64,000 nucleotides of DNA from Malacoraja senta (GCA_038087875.1 CM075992.1:6450001-6514000), one strand, 5' to 3'. Counted from the stretch's first letter, positions 22,021 to 34,817 are shown. The notes: generated from the letters alone by a model not told the origin. Numbers and translations: made by a program.

Positions 22021-23469
22021 GAAAGCCTGGCGGCTAGTAGGTGGACACCAAATGCTGGAGTAACTCAGCGGGACAGGCAGCATCTCTGGATAGAGATGGT
22101 CGGTTTAAACCAGCATCTGCAGTTCCTTCCTACACATGTAATAGGTGGGTACAATTGAGAGGGGAAGGGGGGGGGGGGGTGAATAATGGTGCCCTGGGTG
22201 TGAGAGTCCCACAGGAGCAGAGCGGGACTGATTAACGGTGAACAATGGAGAGACGTTGTCAATTAGTGAGCAGGGTGCTGGTTTTTGATACCTTAAGCCA
22301 GGGGTGATCAATGGTCATAATGCAATCACACTGAATGTCTTCCAGCTGCCTAATAAAGCCTGACCTTGCTTGTTTAATGGGAGTTTCTTTGCGTTGTGGT
22401 GATTGAAGGAATCTGAGGCTCCCTGGATGAACTATCCATGGATGGGATTGGAGATTGCATGCGGGTGGGTCAATGGATTTAGACTTTAGTCTTTAGAGAT
22501 ACAATAGACAATTACAGCGCGGAAACAGGCCCTTCGGCCCACCGAGTCTGTGCCGACCAGCGATCACCTCGTACACTAATACTAACCTACACACTAGGGT
22601 CAGCATTACCTTACCAAAGCCAACTAACCTACAAACCTGGATAGACACAAAGTGCTGGAGTAACTCAGCGGGTCAGGCAGCATCTCTGGAGGAAAACAAT
22701 GGGTGATGTTTTGGGTCGGAACCCTTCTCCTTCAGGATCCGAAATGTCACCCATTCTTTTTCTCCATAGATGCTGCTTGACCCGCTCAGTTACTCCAGCA
22801 CTTTGTGTCTATCCTCGGGTATAAACCAGCATCTGCAGTTGCTTCCAGCACGACCCACAAACCTGCACGTCTGTGGAGCGTGGGAGGAAACCGGAGCACC
22901 CAGAGGAAACCCACGCGGTCACGGGGAGAACTTGCAAACTCCGTACAGACAGCACCGGTAGTCAGGATGGAACCCGGGTCTCTGGCGCTATAAGGCAGCA
23001 GCTCTACCCGCTGCGCCACCGTGCCACCCCGAATGCTCAGAAGAAGGAACCGCAGATGCTGGTGTACATAAAAAGACACAAAGTGCTGGAGTAACTGAGC
23101 GGGTCAAGCAGCATCTATGGAGAAAAAGAATGGGTGACATTTCGGATCCTGAAGGAGAAGGGTTCCGACCCAAAACATCACGCAGCATCTCTGGAGAACA
23201 TGGATAGGTGATGTTTGGGGTTTGGGACCCTTCTTCAGGCTTCAGACAATGGAGGATATTCATCTTCAATTAAAATCCGTAACAACACTCCACCCCACGT
23301 CCCCTCTCACCCTCGCGTGTCCAAGACCCTCATCAGTTCAGTTCAGTTCAGGTCAGTTTATTGTCACATGTACCGAGGTTCAGTGGGAAGGTTTTTGTTG
23401 CGTACTAACCAGTCAGCGGAAAGACAATACATGATTACAATCGGGCTGTCCACAGTTTACAGATACATC

Positions 23470-24420
23470 AAGATTCAAGAGAGTTTATTGTCATGTGTCC
23501 CTGATAGGACAATGAAATTCTTGCTTTGCTTCAGCACAACAGAACATAGTAGGCATGACTACAGAACAGATCAGTGTGTCCATATACCATTATATAAATA
23601 TATACACACATGAATAAATAAACTGATAAAGTGCAAATAAACAGATAATGGGCTATTAATGTTCAGAGTTTTGTCCAAGCCAAGTTTAATAGCCTGATGG
23701 CTGTGGGGAAGTAGTTATTCCTGAACCTGGTCGTTGCATTCTTCAGGCTTCTGTACCATCTACCTGAAGGTAGCGGGGAGATGAGTGTGTGGCCAGGATG
23801 GTGTGGGTCCTTGATGATGCTGCCAGCCTTTTTGAGGCAGCGACTGCGATAGATCCCCTCGATGGTAGGGAGGTCAGAGCCGATGGTACACAAAAATGCT
23901 GGAGAAACTCAGCGGGTGCAGCAGCATCTATGGAGCGAAGGAAATAGGTAACGTTTCGGGCCGAAACCCTTCTTCAGAGACGATGATGGACTGGGCAGTG
24001 TTTACTACTTTTTGTAGTCTTTTCCGCTCCAGGGCGCTCAAGTTGCCGAACCAAGCCACGATGCAACCGGTCAGCATGCTCTCTACTGTGCACCTGTAGA
24101 AGTTCGAGAGAGGTCAGCATGCTCTCTACTGTGCACCTGTAGAAGTTAGAGAGAGGTCAGCATGCTCTCTACTGTGCAATAATAAATATAGTCTATTGTA
24201 GTTCAGAGTTTATTTGTTGTCGTGCTTAATAGCCTGACGGCTGTGGGGACGAAGCCGTTCCTGAACCTGGACGTTACAGTTCTCAGGCTCCTGTACCTTC
24301 CTCCCGATGGCAGTGGTGAGATGAGTGTGTGGCCAGGATGGTGTGGGTCCTTGATGATGCTGGCTGCCTTTTTGAGGCAGCGACTGCGATCGATCCCTAC
24401 GATGGTGGGGATGCCGACAT
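23470..24420 (-). mobile_element. Two Rex1/Babar 3' fragments, the first interrupted by a Penelope tail (~23886-23979)
   Basis: IGSDLPTIEGIYRSRCLKKAGSIIKDPHHPGH...PSGRWYRS; second copy at 24180-24420. Confidence 0.82.
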
Positions 24421-24714
24421 GATAAGGGAGTAACGTTTAGCGCAAGGTAAAGCCAATCAAGGATAGTGCAAGGGTCCCCGATGAGGTAGATAGTAGTTCA
24501 GCACCGCTCTCTACGGGTGGTATTGTGGTTCATGTTGCTCTGGGTGGCCCGTGGGTGAGGCAGGAATTGTCCATCTCACCCCATTCACCACATGACACCA
24601 CTGCCTGAACCAGGCCCACACAGCGCTGTGCTCCCACTAATATGATATGGTGCTTTATTTCATTTGTCATGTACAGTGACATTTATTTTTGTATACAGTT
24701 CAGTACAAGTATCA

Positions 24715-25055
24715 TAGAAACAGAGAAAATAGGTGCAGGAGGAGGCCATTCGGCCCTTCGAGCCAGCACCGCCATTCGTTGCGATCATGGCTGATCGTCC
24801 CCTACCAATAACCCGTGCCTGCCTTCTCTCCATATCCCTTGACTCCACTAGCCCCTAGAGCTCTATCTAACTCTCTCTTAAATCCATCCAGTGACTTGGC
24901 CTCCACTGCCATCTGTGGCAGGGAATTCCATAAATTCACAACTCTCTGGGTGAAAACGTTTTTCTCACCTCAGTCTTAAATGGGCCCCCCCTTTATTCTA
25001 AGACTGTGGCCCCTGGTTCTGGACTCGCCCCACATTGGGAACATTTTACCTGCAT
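24715..25055 (-). mobile_element. CR1 3' fragment
   Basis: DAGKMFPMWGESRTRGHSLRIKG plus the CR1 3' UTR GGCTCGAAGGGCCGAATGGCC. Confidence 0.8.
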
Positions 25056-25499
25056 CTATTCTACATAAGTGCATAGATACATCTTGGATAAGCATCTCAG
25101 ATACAGTACAAGTGTACAGCAGTAGTACGCTGAGACAGAATACAGAGTCACCGGTTTGCCGCCATGTTTTGTAAGTGCAGAGATCTTGACCTGGCCATGA
25201 AGGTCTGTTGTCCTGGCGACATTGCAGGGCTGAGCAGTGGCTCAGTGAGGAGATTTCCCCATGAATCACACACACACACAGACTGAGCCAATTCACATTG
25301 CCAGTCCTCAACTCCTGACAAACCCTCTGAACAAGGGTCCCGACCTAAAACCTCGTCCGTCCATTCACTCCACAGCAGCTGCCTGACCCGCTGGGTTCCA
25401 CCAGCACTTTTTGGTGCTGTAGAGTCATACAGCTTTGAAATCTTCTGCCCAACGTTGCCATGCCGACTAACATGCCCCATCTGCACTAGTCTCACCTGC

Positions 25500-25915
25500 C
25501 CATAGATGCTGCTTGACCCGCTCAGTTACTCCAGCACTTTGTGTCTATCCTCGGGTATAAACCAGCATCTGCAGTTGCTTCCAACACGACCCACAAACCT
25601 GCACGTCTGTGGAGCGTGGGAGGAAACCGGAGCACCCAGAGGAAACCCACGCGGTCACGGGGAGAACTTGCAAACTCCGTACAGACAGCACCGGTAGTCA
25701 GGATGGAACCCGGGTCTCTGGCGCTATAAGGCAGCAGCTCTACCCGCTGCGCCACCGTGCCGCCCCGAATGCTCAGAAGAAGGAACTGCAGATGCTGGTG
25801 TACATGAAGAGACACAAAGTGCTGGAGTAACTCAGCGGATCAAGCAGCATCTCTGGAGGTCATGGATAGGTGATGTTTGGGATTGGGACCCTTCTTCAGG
25901 CTTCAGGCAATGGAG
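25500..25915 (+). repeat. Local ~410-bp near-identical duplication of ~22764-23255
   Basis: The same Penelope-tail/V-SINE/Penelope-tail junctions occur in both places; ORF track entries 22770/25506 and 22805/25541 are almost identical. Confidence 0.9.
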
Positions 25916-26017
25916 GTGTGGCCCCTTTCATTCTAACCCTGTCCTATCCATGTCCCCAGTCCAGATACCTTTGAACTGTTCTCTACCTTTCTCTATCTTT
26001 CTTCTCCATCTTTTAGT

Positions 26018-26045
26018 CTGAAGAAGGGTTCCGACCCGAAACGTC
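26018..26045 (+). ncRNA. Minimal hammerhead core
   Basis: CTGAAGA-A-GGGT(TCCG)ACCC-GAAACGTC. Confidence 0.6.
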
Positions 26046-26443
26046 ACCTATTCTGTTCCTCCAGAGATGCTGCCTGTCCCGCTGAGTTACTCCAGCATTT
26101 TGTGTCTATCTTCGGTACAAACCAGCATCTGCAGTTCCTTCCCTACACCTGTTGTTATTTTACCTGCCTCGACTACCTCCTCTGGCATCTGGTTCCATAC
26201 CCACCATCCTCTGTGGAAAAGTTGCCCTTCCGGTTGTCATTAAATTTCCTCTCTCACCTTAAGCCCATGTCCCTTGGTTCTTGATATCCCGACTCTGGTA
26301 AAAGACTCTGTGGATTCACACTAATCCTATTCCCTTCACGATTTTTATGCAAGACTTTGTGTTTTGCTGTAGACTCCAGCATCTGCAGTTGCTTGGGGTT
26401 GCCGCAGATGGCTTAATGCCTTGGTTGTTGTGAGGCGTGGAGC

Positions 26444-26475
26444 GGCAGTGCCGGCTGCTTGCCAGCAGGTGGCAG
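26444..26475 (+). promoter_or_regulatory. Candidate CTCF site with upstream module
   Basis: GGCAGTGCC-n9-CCAGCAGGTGGCAG in non-repeat sequence; fits the CTCF core plus the TGCAGTRCC-like upstream motif. Confidence 0.55.
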
Positions 26476-26578
26476 GCCTGCACCATTGACAAAACCTGGT
26501 GCCTGCGTGATAGACAGACCCCATGTCACAGGCCCTTCAGCCCAACTTGCCCACACCGACCAACATGTCCCCATCGAC

Positions 26579-27105
26579 GGTACACAAAATGCTGGAGAAA
26601 CTCAGCGGGTGCAGCAGCATCTATGGAGCGAAGGAAATAGGCAATGTTTCGGGCCGAAACCCTTCTTCAGACTGATAGGGGGTGGGGAGAAGAAAGGAAA
26701 AAAGGATAAAAGGCGGAGGAGGAGCCCGAGGGCTGGGGGAGGGGAGGAGACAACCAGATGGCTGATGAAGGGGAGGGGACAGCAAGGGCTAGCAGAATTG
26801 GGAGAATTCAATGTTCAAGCCCCCAGGATGTAGACTGCCCAAGCGGAATATGAGGTGCATTTCCTCCAATTTCCGGTGTTGCTCGCTGTGGCCATGGAGG
26901 AGACCCAGGACAGAGAGGTCAGATACGGAATGGGAGGGGGAGTTGAAGTGCTGAGCCACCGGGAGGTCAGGTTGGTTATTGCGGACCGAGTGGAGGTGTT
27001 CGGCGAAACGATCGCCAAGCCTCCGCTTGGTCTCACCGATGTAGATCAGCTGGCATCTAGAGCAGCGGATGCAATAGATGAGGTTGGAGGAGATGCAGGT
27101 GAATG
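26579..27105 (-). mobile_element. Penelope-like element 3' fragment (GIY-YIG plus tail)
   Basis: ORF 26789-27127: NLIYCIRC...IYIGETKRRLGDRFAEH; same tail as the 15458 copy. Confidence 0.9.
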
Positions 27106-27345
27106 TCCCCATCGACACTAGTCCCACCTGCCCAAGTTTGGCCTGTATACCTCTAAACCTTTTCCAACCATGGAGTAACTCAGCGGTGTAGGAAGGAACT
27201 GCAGATGCTGGTTTAAAGCAAAGATAGACACAAAATGCTGGAGTAACTCAGGCAGCTTCTCTAGAGGGAAGGAATGGGTGACGTTTCGGGTTGACACCCT
27301 TCTTCAGACGAAGGTCTCGACCTGAAACGTCACCCATTCGTCAGT

Positions 27346-27373
27346 CTGAAGAAGGGTCTCGACCCGAAACGTC
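27346..27373 (+). ncRNA. Minimal hammerhead core within a cluster of direct and inverted copies (27270-27490)
   Basis: CTGAAGA-A-GGGT(CTCG)ACCC-GAAACGTC. Confidence 0.65.
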
Positions 27374-27885
27374 ACCTATTCCTTCTCTCCACAGATGCTG
27401 CCTGTCCTGCTGAGTTACTCCAGTTTTTCTGAGGCAGTTTCTCTGGAGAACACGGATAGGTGACGTTTCGAGTCAAGACCCTTCTTCAGACCCTTCCGCT
27501 ACCTAACCTGCTGAGTTACTCCAGCACTTTGTGTCTTGTTTTGTAAACCAGCATCTGCAGTTCCTCATCTCTACATTTCCACACAAATAATTAACACTGT
27601 TCTAATTAAAGTGCTGAGGGATTTCCTTGTGTCTGAAGTGGATGGAACAATGTGGTTGACACAAGGAACCGCAGATGCCGGTTTATAGAAAAAGACACAA
27701 AGTGCTGGAGTAACTCATGGGTCAGGCAGCATCTCTGGGTCAGGGGCCTGAAGAATGATCAAACCCAACTATCCATGTTCTCCATTGATGCTGCTGACCC
27801 GCTGAGTTACTCCAGCACTTTGTATCTTTTCTTGGAGGATAGTGGGAGCATTTGCCCTTCAAAGTGAAATTATAAGGCCAAAGGG

Positions 27886-27960
27886 GTGTGTGTGTGTGCA
27901 CGCTTGTGCGCGTGCCCGTGTGTGTGTGCATGTATGTGTGAGTGTGTGTAAGTGTGTCAG

Positions 27961-27994
<34 letters not shown>

Positions 27995-28443
27995 AGAGTG
28001 TATGTGTGTGCGAGCGAGTGTGTGTGAGCGCGTGTGTGTGTGTGAGTGTGTCAGTATGTATGTATGTGTGTGTGTGTGTGTGTGTGTGCATGTGAGCATG
28101 TGTGTGTGCGCGTGTGTGAGTGTGTATGTGAGTGTGTGTTTGTATGTTTGTGTGCGTGTGCATGTGAGCGTGTGTGCCTGTGTGCATGTATGTGCGTGTG
28201 TGAGTGTGTGTGTGAGCACGTGTGTGTGTGCGAGCGAGTGTGTGTGAGCGCATGTATGTGTGTGAGTGTGCGTGCCTGTGTGTGTGTGTGTGTGTGTGCA
28301 TGTGCGTGTGCGCATGTGTGTGCGTGTGCGTGTGTGAGCGTGTGTGTGTGAGTGCATGTGCACGTGTGCGTGTGTGAGCGTGTGTGAGTGAGTGCGTGTG
28401 CGCGTGTGTGTGTGGGACGTTGTTGAGTATGTGAGTGTGTCAG

Positions 28444-28477
<34 letters not shown>

Positions 28478-28695
28478 GGGGACGCTGTTGAGTATGTAAG
28501 TGTGTGTGTGCCTATGTGTGCGCGTGTGCATTTGTGTGTGTGCATATGCATGTTCATGTGTGTGCGCGTGCGTGTGCATGTGTGAGTGCGCGTGTGTGTG
28601 TGTGAGAGTGAGTGAGTGAGTGTGTGTGTGTGCGCGTGTGTGTGTGTGCGCGTGTGTGAGTGAGTGAGTGAGTGTGTGTGCGCGGTGTGTGTGGG
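27886..28695. repeat. Degenerate (TG)n microsatellite
   Basis: Seen directly in the sequence. Confidence 0.95.
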
Positions 28696-29164
28696 ACATT
28701 GTTCTCTCGCACTGTGGGACTTGTGACAAGGGGGAGTTGCCCCAGGGAGGATTCCTGTGCAGAGTAAAAGCAGTTTGGCAGCAGTTGGCCGGGTGCCCAC
28801 GGAGAGAAAGAGAGTGGATTAAGGGATTGGGGAAGTGAAAGGGAGATTGCCACCGGGCATTGGGTGCAGCCCCACCATACATTCCTCTCAGGAGCACTGG
28901 TTTCTAATTTCACTTCGCAGTAGGTCATCGGTGAGATGATACAGCAGGTCCTTCGGGATCATAAATCCATACGACAAGTTCCTCAGAACATAATCCATCA
29001 GTCATAGGAGCAGAATTAGGCCATTCAGCCCATCAAGTCTACTCCACCATTCAATCATGGCTGATCTATCTCTCCCTCTCAACCCCATTCTCCTGCTTTC
29101 TCCCCGTAACATTTGAGAGCCTTACTAATCAAGAACCTGTCAATCTCCTTTTCCACACTGTATC

Positions 29165-29322
29165 ACTAATCTAATCTCAACTCAATGCAACTCAACTCAA
29201 TGCAACTCAACTCAATGCAACTCAACTCAATGCAACTCAACTCAACTCAACTCAACTCAACCAAACCAAACTAATCTAAACTAAACTAAACTAATCTGAA
29301 CTAATCTGAACTAATCTGAACT
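29165..29322. repeat. (AACTC)n/(AACTA)n pentamer-type tandem repeat
   Basis: Seen directly in the sequence. Confidence 0.85.
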
Positions 29323-30307
29323 ACCCCAATGACTTGGCCTCCACAGCCATCTGTGGCAATAGGTTCCACAGATTCACCACCCTCTGGATAAAGAAGTTCC
29401 TCCTCATCACCATTCTAATGTTACGTCTTTTATTTGGAGGCTGTGGCGTCTGGTCCGAGACTCTCCCACTGGTGGAAACATCCTCTCCACATCCATTCAA
29501 TCCCGGCTTTCATGACGAGGATCCATCACACCCCTGTATACGCCTCCACCGACCCCCAGTTTATGAAATGATGAGGCATAGACAGTCAGAATCTTGTTCC
29601 CACAGCATGGAAATATCAAATTAAAAAAAACATCATGGAAATATGTCTGAAGAAGGGTTTGGACCCGAAACGTTGCCTATTTCCTTCGCTCCATAGAAGC
29701 TGCCTCACCCGCTGAGTTTCTCCAGCTTTTTGTCTACCATGGAAAGATCAAAGACTAGAGGGCATAGTTTTAAGATGAGAGGGGCAAAGTTTGAAGATGT
29801 GCCAATCATGTTTTTCACACCGAGGGTGGCGGGTGCCTGGGACGCGCTGCCAGGGGTGGTGGTGGAGGCAGATAAGATGGCGGCTTTTAGATAGGTACGG
29901 ATATGCAGAGAATGGATGTGGTTCATGTCGAGGCAGAGGAGATTAATTTAATTGGCATCATCTTCAGCATGGACATAATGGATGGAAGGGGCTATTCATG
30001 TGCTGTACTGTACTAATCTAATTTAATATTTGGGTGACACAGAGGGTAGCGTTACTGCCTGACGGAGCTTACAGCGCCAGCTACCCGGCTTCGATCCCAA
30101 CTACGGATGCTATCTATATGGTCATGTTCTCCCTGTGACCTGCGTGGGTTTTCTCCGGGTGCTCCGGTTTCCTCCCACACTCCAAAGACGTCCAGGTTTG
30201 TAGGTTCATGGGCTTTGGTAAAATTGTAACTGGCCCCTCGTGTGTGTGGAATAGTGTTAGTGTGCGGGGATCGCTGGTCGGCGCGGACTCGGTGGGCCGA
30301 AGGACTT

Positions 30308-30667
30308 GTCAAGGGTTTGGACACGCTAGAGGCAGGAAACATGTTCCCGATGTTGGGGGAGTCCAGAACCAGGGGCCACAGTTTAAGAATACGGAGTAGG
30401 CCATTTAGAACGGAGACGAGGAAACACCTCTTCTCACAGAGAGTTGTGAGTCTGTGGAATTCTCTGCCTCAGAGGGCGGTGGAGGCAGGTTCTCTGGATG
30501 CTTTCAACAGAGAGCTAGATAGGGCTCTTATGGGGAGATATGAGGAGAAGGCAGGAACGGGGTACTGATTGGGGATGATCAGCCATAATCACATTGAATG
30601 GCGGTGCTGGCTCGAAGGGCCGAATGGCCTACTCCTGCACCTATTGTCTATTGTCTATTGTCTATTG
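30308..30667 (+). mobile_element. CR1 3' fragment inserted in a V-SINE tail
   Basis: KGLDTLEAGNMFPMLGESRTRGHSLRI...FSQRVVSLWNSLP; (CTATTGT)n tail; the SINE resumes afterwards. Confidence 0.85.
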
Positions 30668-32774
30668 TTTCCGTGCTGTATCTCTAAACTGAACTAAACT
30701 ACAGTCCCGTGTGTCCCTCCCCGCGTGGCCTCACTGCTTGCGGTTCCGTCGAATTCAGCTGTACTTAGCAAAATACACCTGGTGGTTGATGATACCTTCT
30801 GTATAGCCGAGAATAATGATAGGGAATCTAAATTGTTCTACAATATCCACCTGTAATTGTGGTTACAGTGCGGACTTGTGTGCAGGAACCTACTTTAGTA
30901 GTGTGCTGAAGGGTGGGACTGCCTTAAAACAAATATTTTAAAACCTGTTCCAGTTAACTGTCTCCAACTTGGTCAGAAGTGAATCGCGATGTTGGGAACA
31001 TAGCTTTGTTCCCCCTTTGTATTATCAGCTGTCTAGGGTTTGTGCTGGGGTGATGGGCTAGCTGGCCCTTTGAAGGGTGAGGAAGGAGAAAGAGGGGGAG
31101 GTTCCAACATGCTGGAGGGCGGTGTTGGCCAAGGTTTCGATGTTTCCTGTAGGACTGGTGCAGCGGTAGAGTTGCTGCCTCCCAGCCCCAGGGACCTGGG
31201 TTCGATCCTGACTACGGGTGCTGTCTGTACGGAGTTTGTACCTTCTCCCCGTGACCTGCGTGGGTTTTCCCTGAGATCTTCGGTTTTCATCCCACACTCC
31301 AAAGGCAATAGACAATAGGTGCAGGAGTAGGCCATTCGGCCCTTCGAGCCAGCACCGCCATTCATGTGATCATGGCTGATCATCCCCAATCAGTACCCCG
31401 TTCCTGCCCTCTCCCCATATCCCCTGACTCCGCTATCTTTAAGAGCCCTCTCCCTTGATGGAGTGCGTAGAAAGGTGTTTTTGGTGTCTATCTGCTGCTT
31501 GACCCGTCTGAGTTACTCCAGCACTGTGTGTCTTTTTGTTTGGTTAAACCAGCACCTGCAGTTCCTTGCTTCCACGTGGAACGGGACAACAGAGGATCAG
31601 ACAACTTTGGTTCCCTCCACATCATCTCCAGTCCCACCCCACCAGGTCAAGGTGAGTGAATGCTCTAGGTCTCCTCCCGTTGACTGAGTCACAGTTCCTG
31701 TGCTACATAACCAGCTACGGGAGCGGTCTGAGGAATTTCATATCAGGTTTTTTTTTAATTGTTTACGAACTAAAAACCAGAGCCTTGAAAGAATGCAGCG
31801 GTATATAAAAGTCACTGAATCCCTGCGGCGGTTTATTACTTCACAAGTGATTTAAGCAGAATTAGGCCATTCGGAACACCCCGCCATTCAATCATGGCTG
31901 ATCTACCCTTCCCTCTCAACCCCAGTCTCCTGCCTTCTCCCCACAACCACTGACACCCCGGACTCAGCAGGAATCTATCTCTCGGCCTTAAGAATAAGGA
32001 GTAAGCCATTTAGAACGGAGACGAGGGAACACTTTTTCTCACAGAGAGTGGTGAGTCTGTGGAATTCTCTGCCTCAGAGGGCAGTGGAGGCAGGTTCTCT
32101 GGATGCTTTCAAGAGAGAGCTAGATAGGGCTCTTAAAGATAGCGGAGTCAGGGATATGGGGAGAAGGCAGGAACGGGGTACTGATTGGGGATGATCAGCC
32201 ATGATCACATTGAATGGCGGTGCTGGCTCGAAGGGCCAAATGGCCTACTCCTGCACCTATGCCTATTGTCTATTAAAAATATCCATTGACTTGGCCTCCA
32301 CAACCTTCTGTGGCTATGAATTACACAGATTCACCACCCTCTGACTAAAGAAATTCCTCCTCTACTCCTTCCTAAAGGAACGTTGTCTAATTCTGAGATT
32401 GGGATCTCTAGTGCTACCTAGATTCTCCCACTAGTGGAAACATCCTCTCCACATCCACTCTATCCAGGCCTTTCACTATTCGGTGAGTTTCAATGAAGGG
32501 TCCCCTCATCCTTCCATACTCCAGTCAAATGGGTTGGATGTAGACAATAGACAATAGACAATAAGTGCAGGAGGAGGCCATTTGGCCCTTCTAGCCAGCA
32601 CCGCCATTCAATGTGATCATGGCTGATCATCCACAATCAGTACCCCGTTCCTGCCTTCTTTGAACCGAGTCTCTGGTGCTGTAAGGCAACAACTCAATCG
32701 CTGCGCCACTTTGCTGCCAAGTTTAGTTTAGTTTAGTGTAGTGTAGAGATACAGAGAGGATGTTTAAGAAGGAA

Positions 32775-33195
32775 CATAGAAACATAGAAACATAGAAAAT
32801 AGGTGCAGGAGTAGCCATTCGGCCCTTCGAGCCTGCACCGCCATTCAATATGATCATGGCTGATCATCCAACTCAGTATCCCGTACCTGCCTTCTCTCCA
32901 TACCCCCTGATCCCTTTAGCCACAAGGGCCACATCTAACTCCCTCTTAAATATAGCCAATGAACTGGCCTCAACTACCTTCTGTGGCAGAGAGTTCCAGA
33001 GATTCACCACTCTCTGTGTGAAAAATGTTTTTCTCATCTCGGTCCTAAAGGATTTCCCCTTAATCCTTAAACTGTGACCCCTTGTCCTGGACTTCCCCAA
33101 CATCGGGAACAATCTTCCTGCATCTAGCCTGTCCAACCCCTTAAGAATGTTGTAAGTTTCTATAAGATCCCCCCTCAATCTTCTAAATTCTAGCA
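32775..33195 (-). mobile_element. CR1 3' fragment
   Basis: LEFRRLRGDLIETYNILKGLDRLDAGRLFP...FFTQRVVNLWNSLP; (TTTCTATG)n tail. Confidence 0.88.
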
Positions 33196-33406
33196 GAACG
33201 GCAGATGCTGGAAAATCGAAGGTAGACAAAAATGCTGGAGAAACTCAGCGGGTGCAGCAGCATCTATGGAGCGAATTAAATAGGCGACGTTTCAGGCCGA
33301 AACCCTTCTTCAGACTCAGAGAGGAAACAGCTGCTGGCTTCTACTAAACAGACTTTTCAGTCTAACTTCTGAATAAGGGTCCCAACTCGAAATGTTGAAA
33401 TGTCAC

Positions 33407-34174
33407 TGTAGATGAGATATGCATGTGCCTTTAATATAGTTACCTCATCACTAGTAACCACTCCCCATATCACAAGTATAATTACAACCTCCCCACCCAC
33501 ATATCGCTCTCTAGTTCCTGTGATAGACCACATACAGCTAGTGCATTATGTAATGCTCCAGTATGAATAAATGAAGTAGAGTAACGATGTGTTGTTAACA
33601 CTTCTTTACATGGTGTCAGAAGTGGGATGCGAAGGAGACAGGCAGCTGCAGGCCGTCATGGAGCTGTAGACAAGCGGCACCGGCTAGTCCTCACTCGCCT
33701 GCCCGCGCGCTGCCCGCTGCTGAACCCGCATCTCCTCCTGCTTTTCTGCCATTATCTTCTCCGTCCCCTCCGGTTTCCCCCTTTCCAGTTCGTCTGTCCT
33801 CACCTGTGCCACTTCTTCCTGCCGGAAGGGAGGATGGCGAGATGCGAACCCGGTCGGGACGTGTTGTCAAACCGCCTGTTCGCTATGGTGATTTTGTTTA
33901 ACCGTTCTAGCGCATGAGACGTGGTCGCCCTGTCACTATTGTATTTGCCTTTCGTTTCCAAGGGGAAGGATGTAGACGAGATATGCATGTGCCTTTAATA
34001 TAGTTACCTCATCACTACTAACCACTCCCCATATCACAAGTATAATTACAACCTCCCCACCCACATATCGCTCTCTAGTTCCTGTGATAGACCACGTACA
34101 CCTAGTGCCTTCTGTAATGCTGCAGTATGAATAAAGGTAGTAAAGTAACGATGTGTCGTTAACGCTTCGTTACA
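33407..34174 (+). mobile_element. Complete miniature (TRIM-like) LTR retrotransposon, internally deleted Gypsy derivative
   Basis: 204-bp TG...CA LTRs at 33407-33610 and 33971-34174; PBS TGGTGTCAGAAGTGGGAT at 33611-33628; PPT AAGGGGAAGGA at 33960-33970; 5-bp TSD GTCAC; integrase-tail remnant RTRSGRVVKPPVRYGDFV*. Confidence 0.93.
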
Positions 34175-34617
34175 GTCACCCATCCTTTTTCTCCAGAGAT
34201 GCTGCCTGACCCGCTGAGTTACTCCAGCACTTTGTGTCTATCTTTGGTATAAACTGGCAGCTGCTGCAGTTCTTTAATTCCACCACTTCTTTCCCCTCTT
34301 CTGCTGCTCCTCGCAGGGGTACGCATGAGTCAGGCTCTCCTGCCAAGCTGCCTGCCCTGTCACACTGATTCCCCGCTCTGCATGGGGAAACACCTCACCC
34401 TCAAGCATGAGATGAAAGGGGTGAGGGAGCTCTCACCACCAGTAATTAGGACGTCTGCCAGCCAGCCAGCAGCCTCACGCAATGGGCAGGGAGGGGACCG
34501 AAGGGGAAGGTGGAGAGGGGCGGCAGCATTGAATGTGTGTGTAGCCTGTGAATGTTTGTGAATGGAGGGGTAGATTTCCCTTGCGACCACTTTGGGAACA
34601 GATACATCCAGCAACCC

Positions 34618-34817
34618 NNNNNNNNNNNNNNNNNNNNNNNNNNNNNNNNNNNNNNNNNNNNNNNNNNNNNNNNNNNNNNNNNNNNNNNNNNNNNNNNNNN
34701 NNNNNNNNNNNNNNNNNNNNNNNNNNNNNNNNNNNNNNNNNNNNNNNNNNNNNNNNNNNNNNNNNNNNNNNNNNNNNNNNNNNNNNNNNNNNNNNNNNNN
34801 NNNNNNNNNNNNNNNNN
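34618..34817. other. Assembly gap (200 N)
   Basis: Run of N. Confidence 1.
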
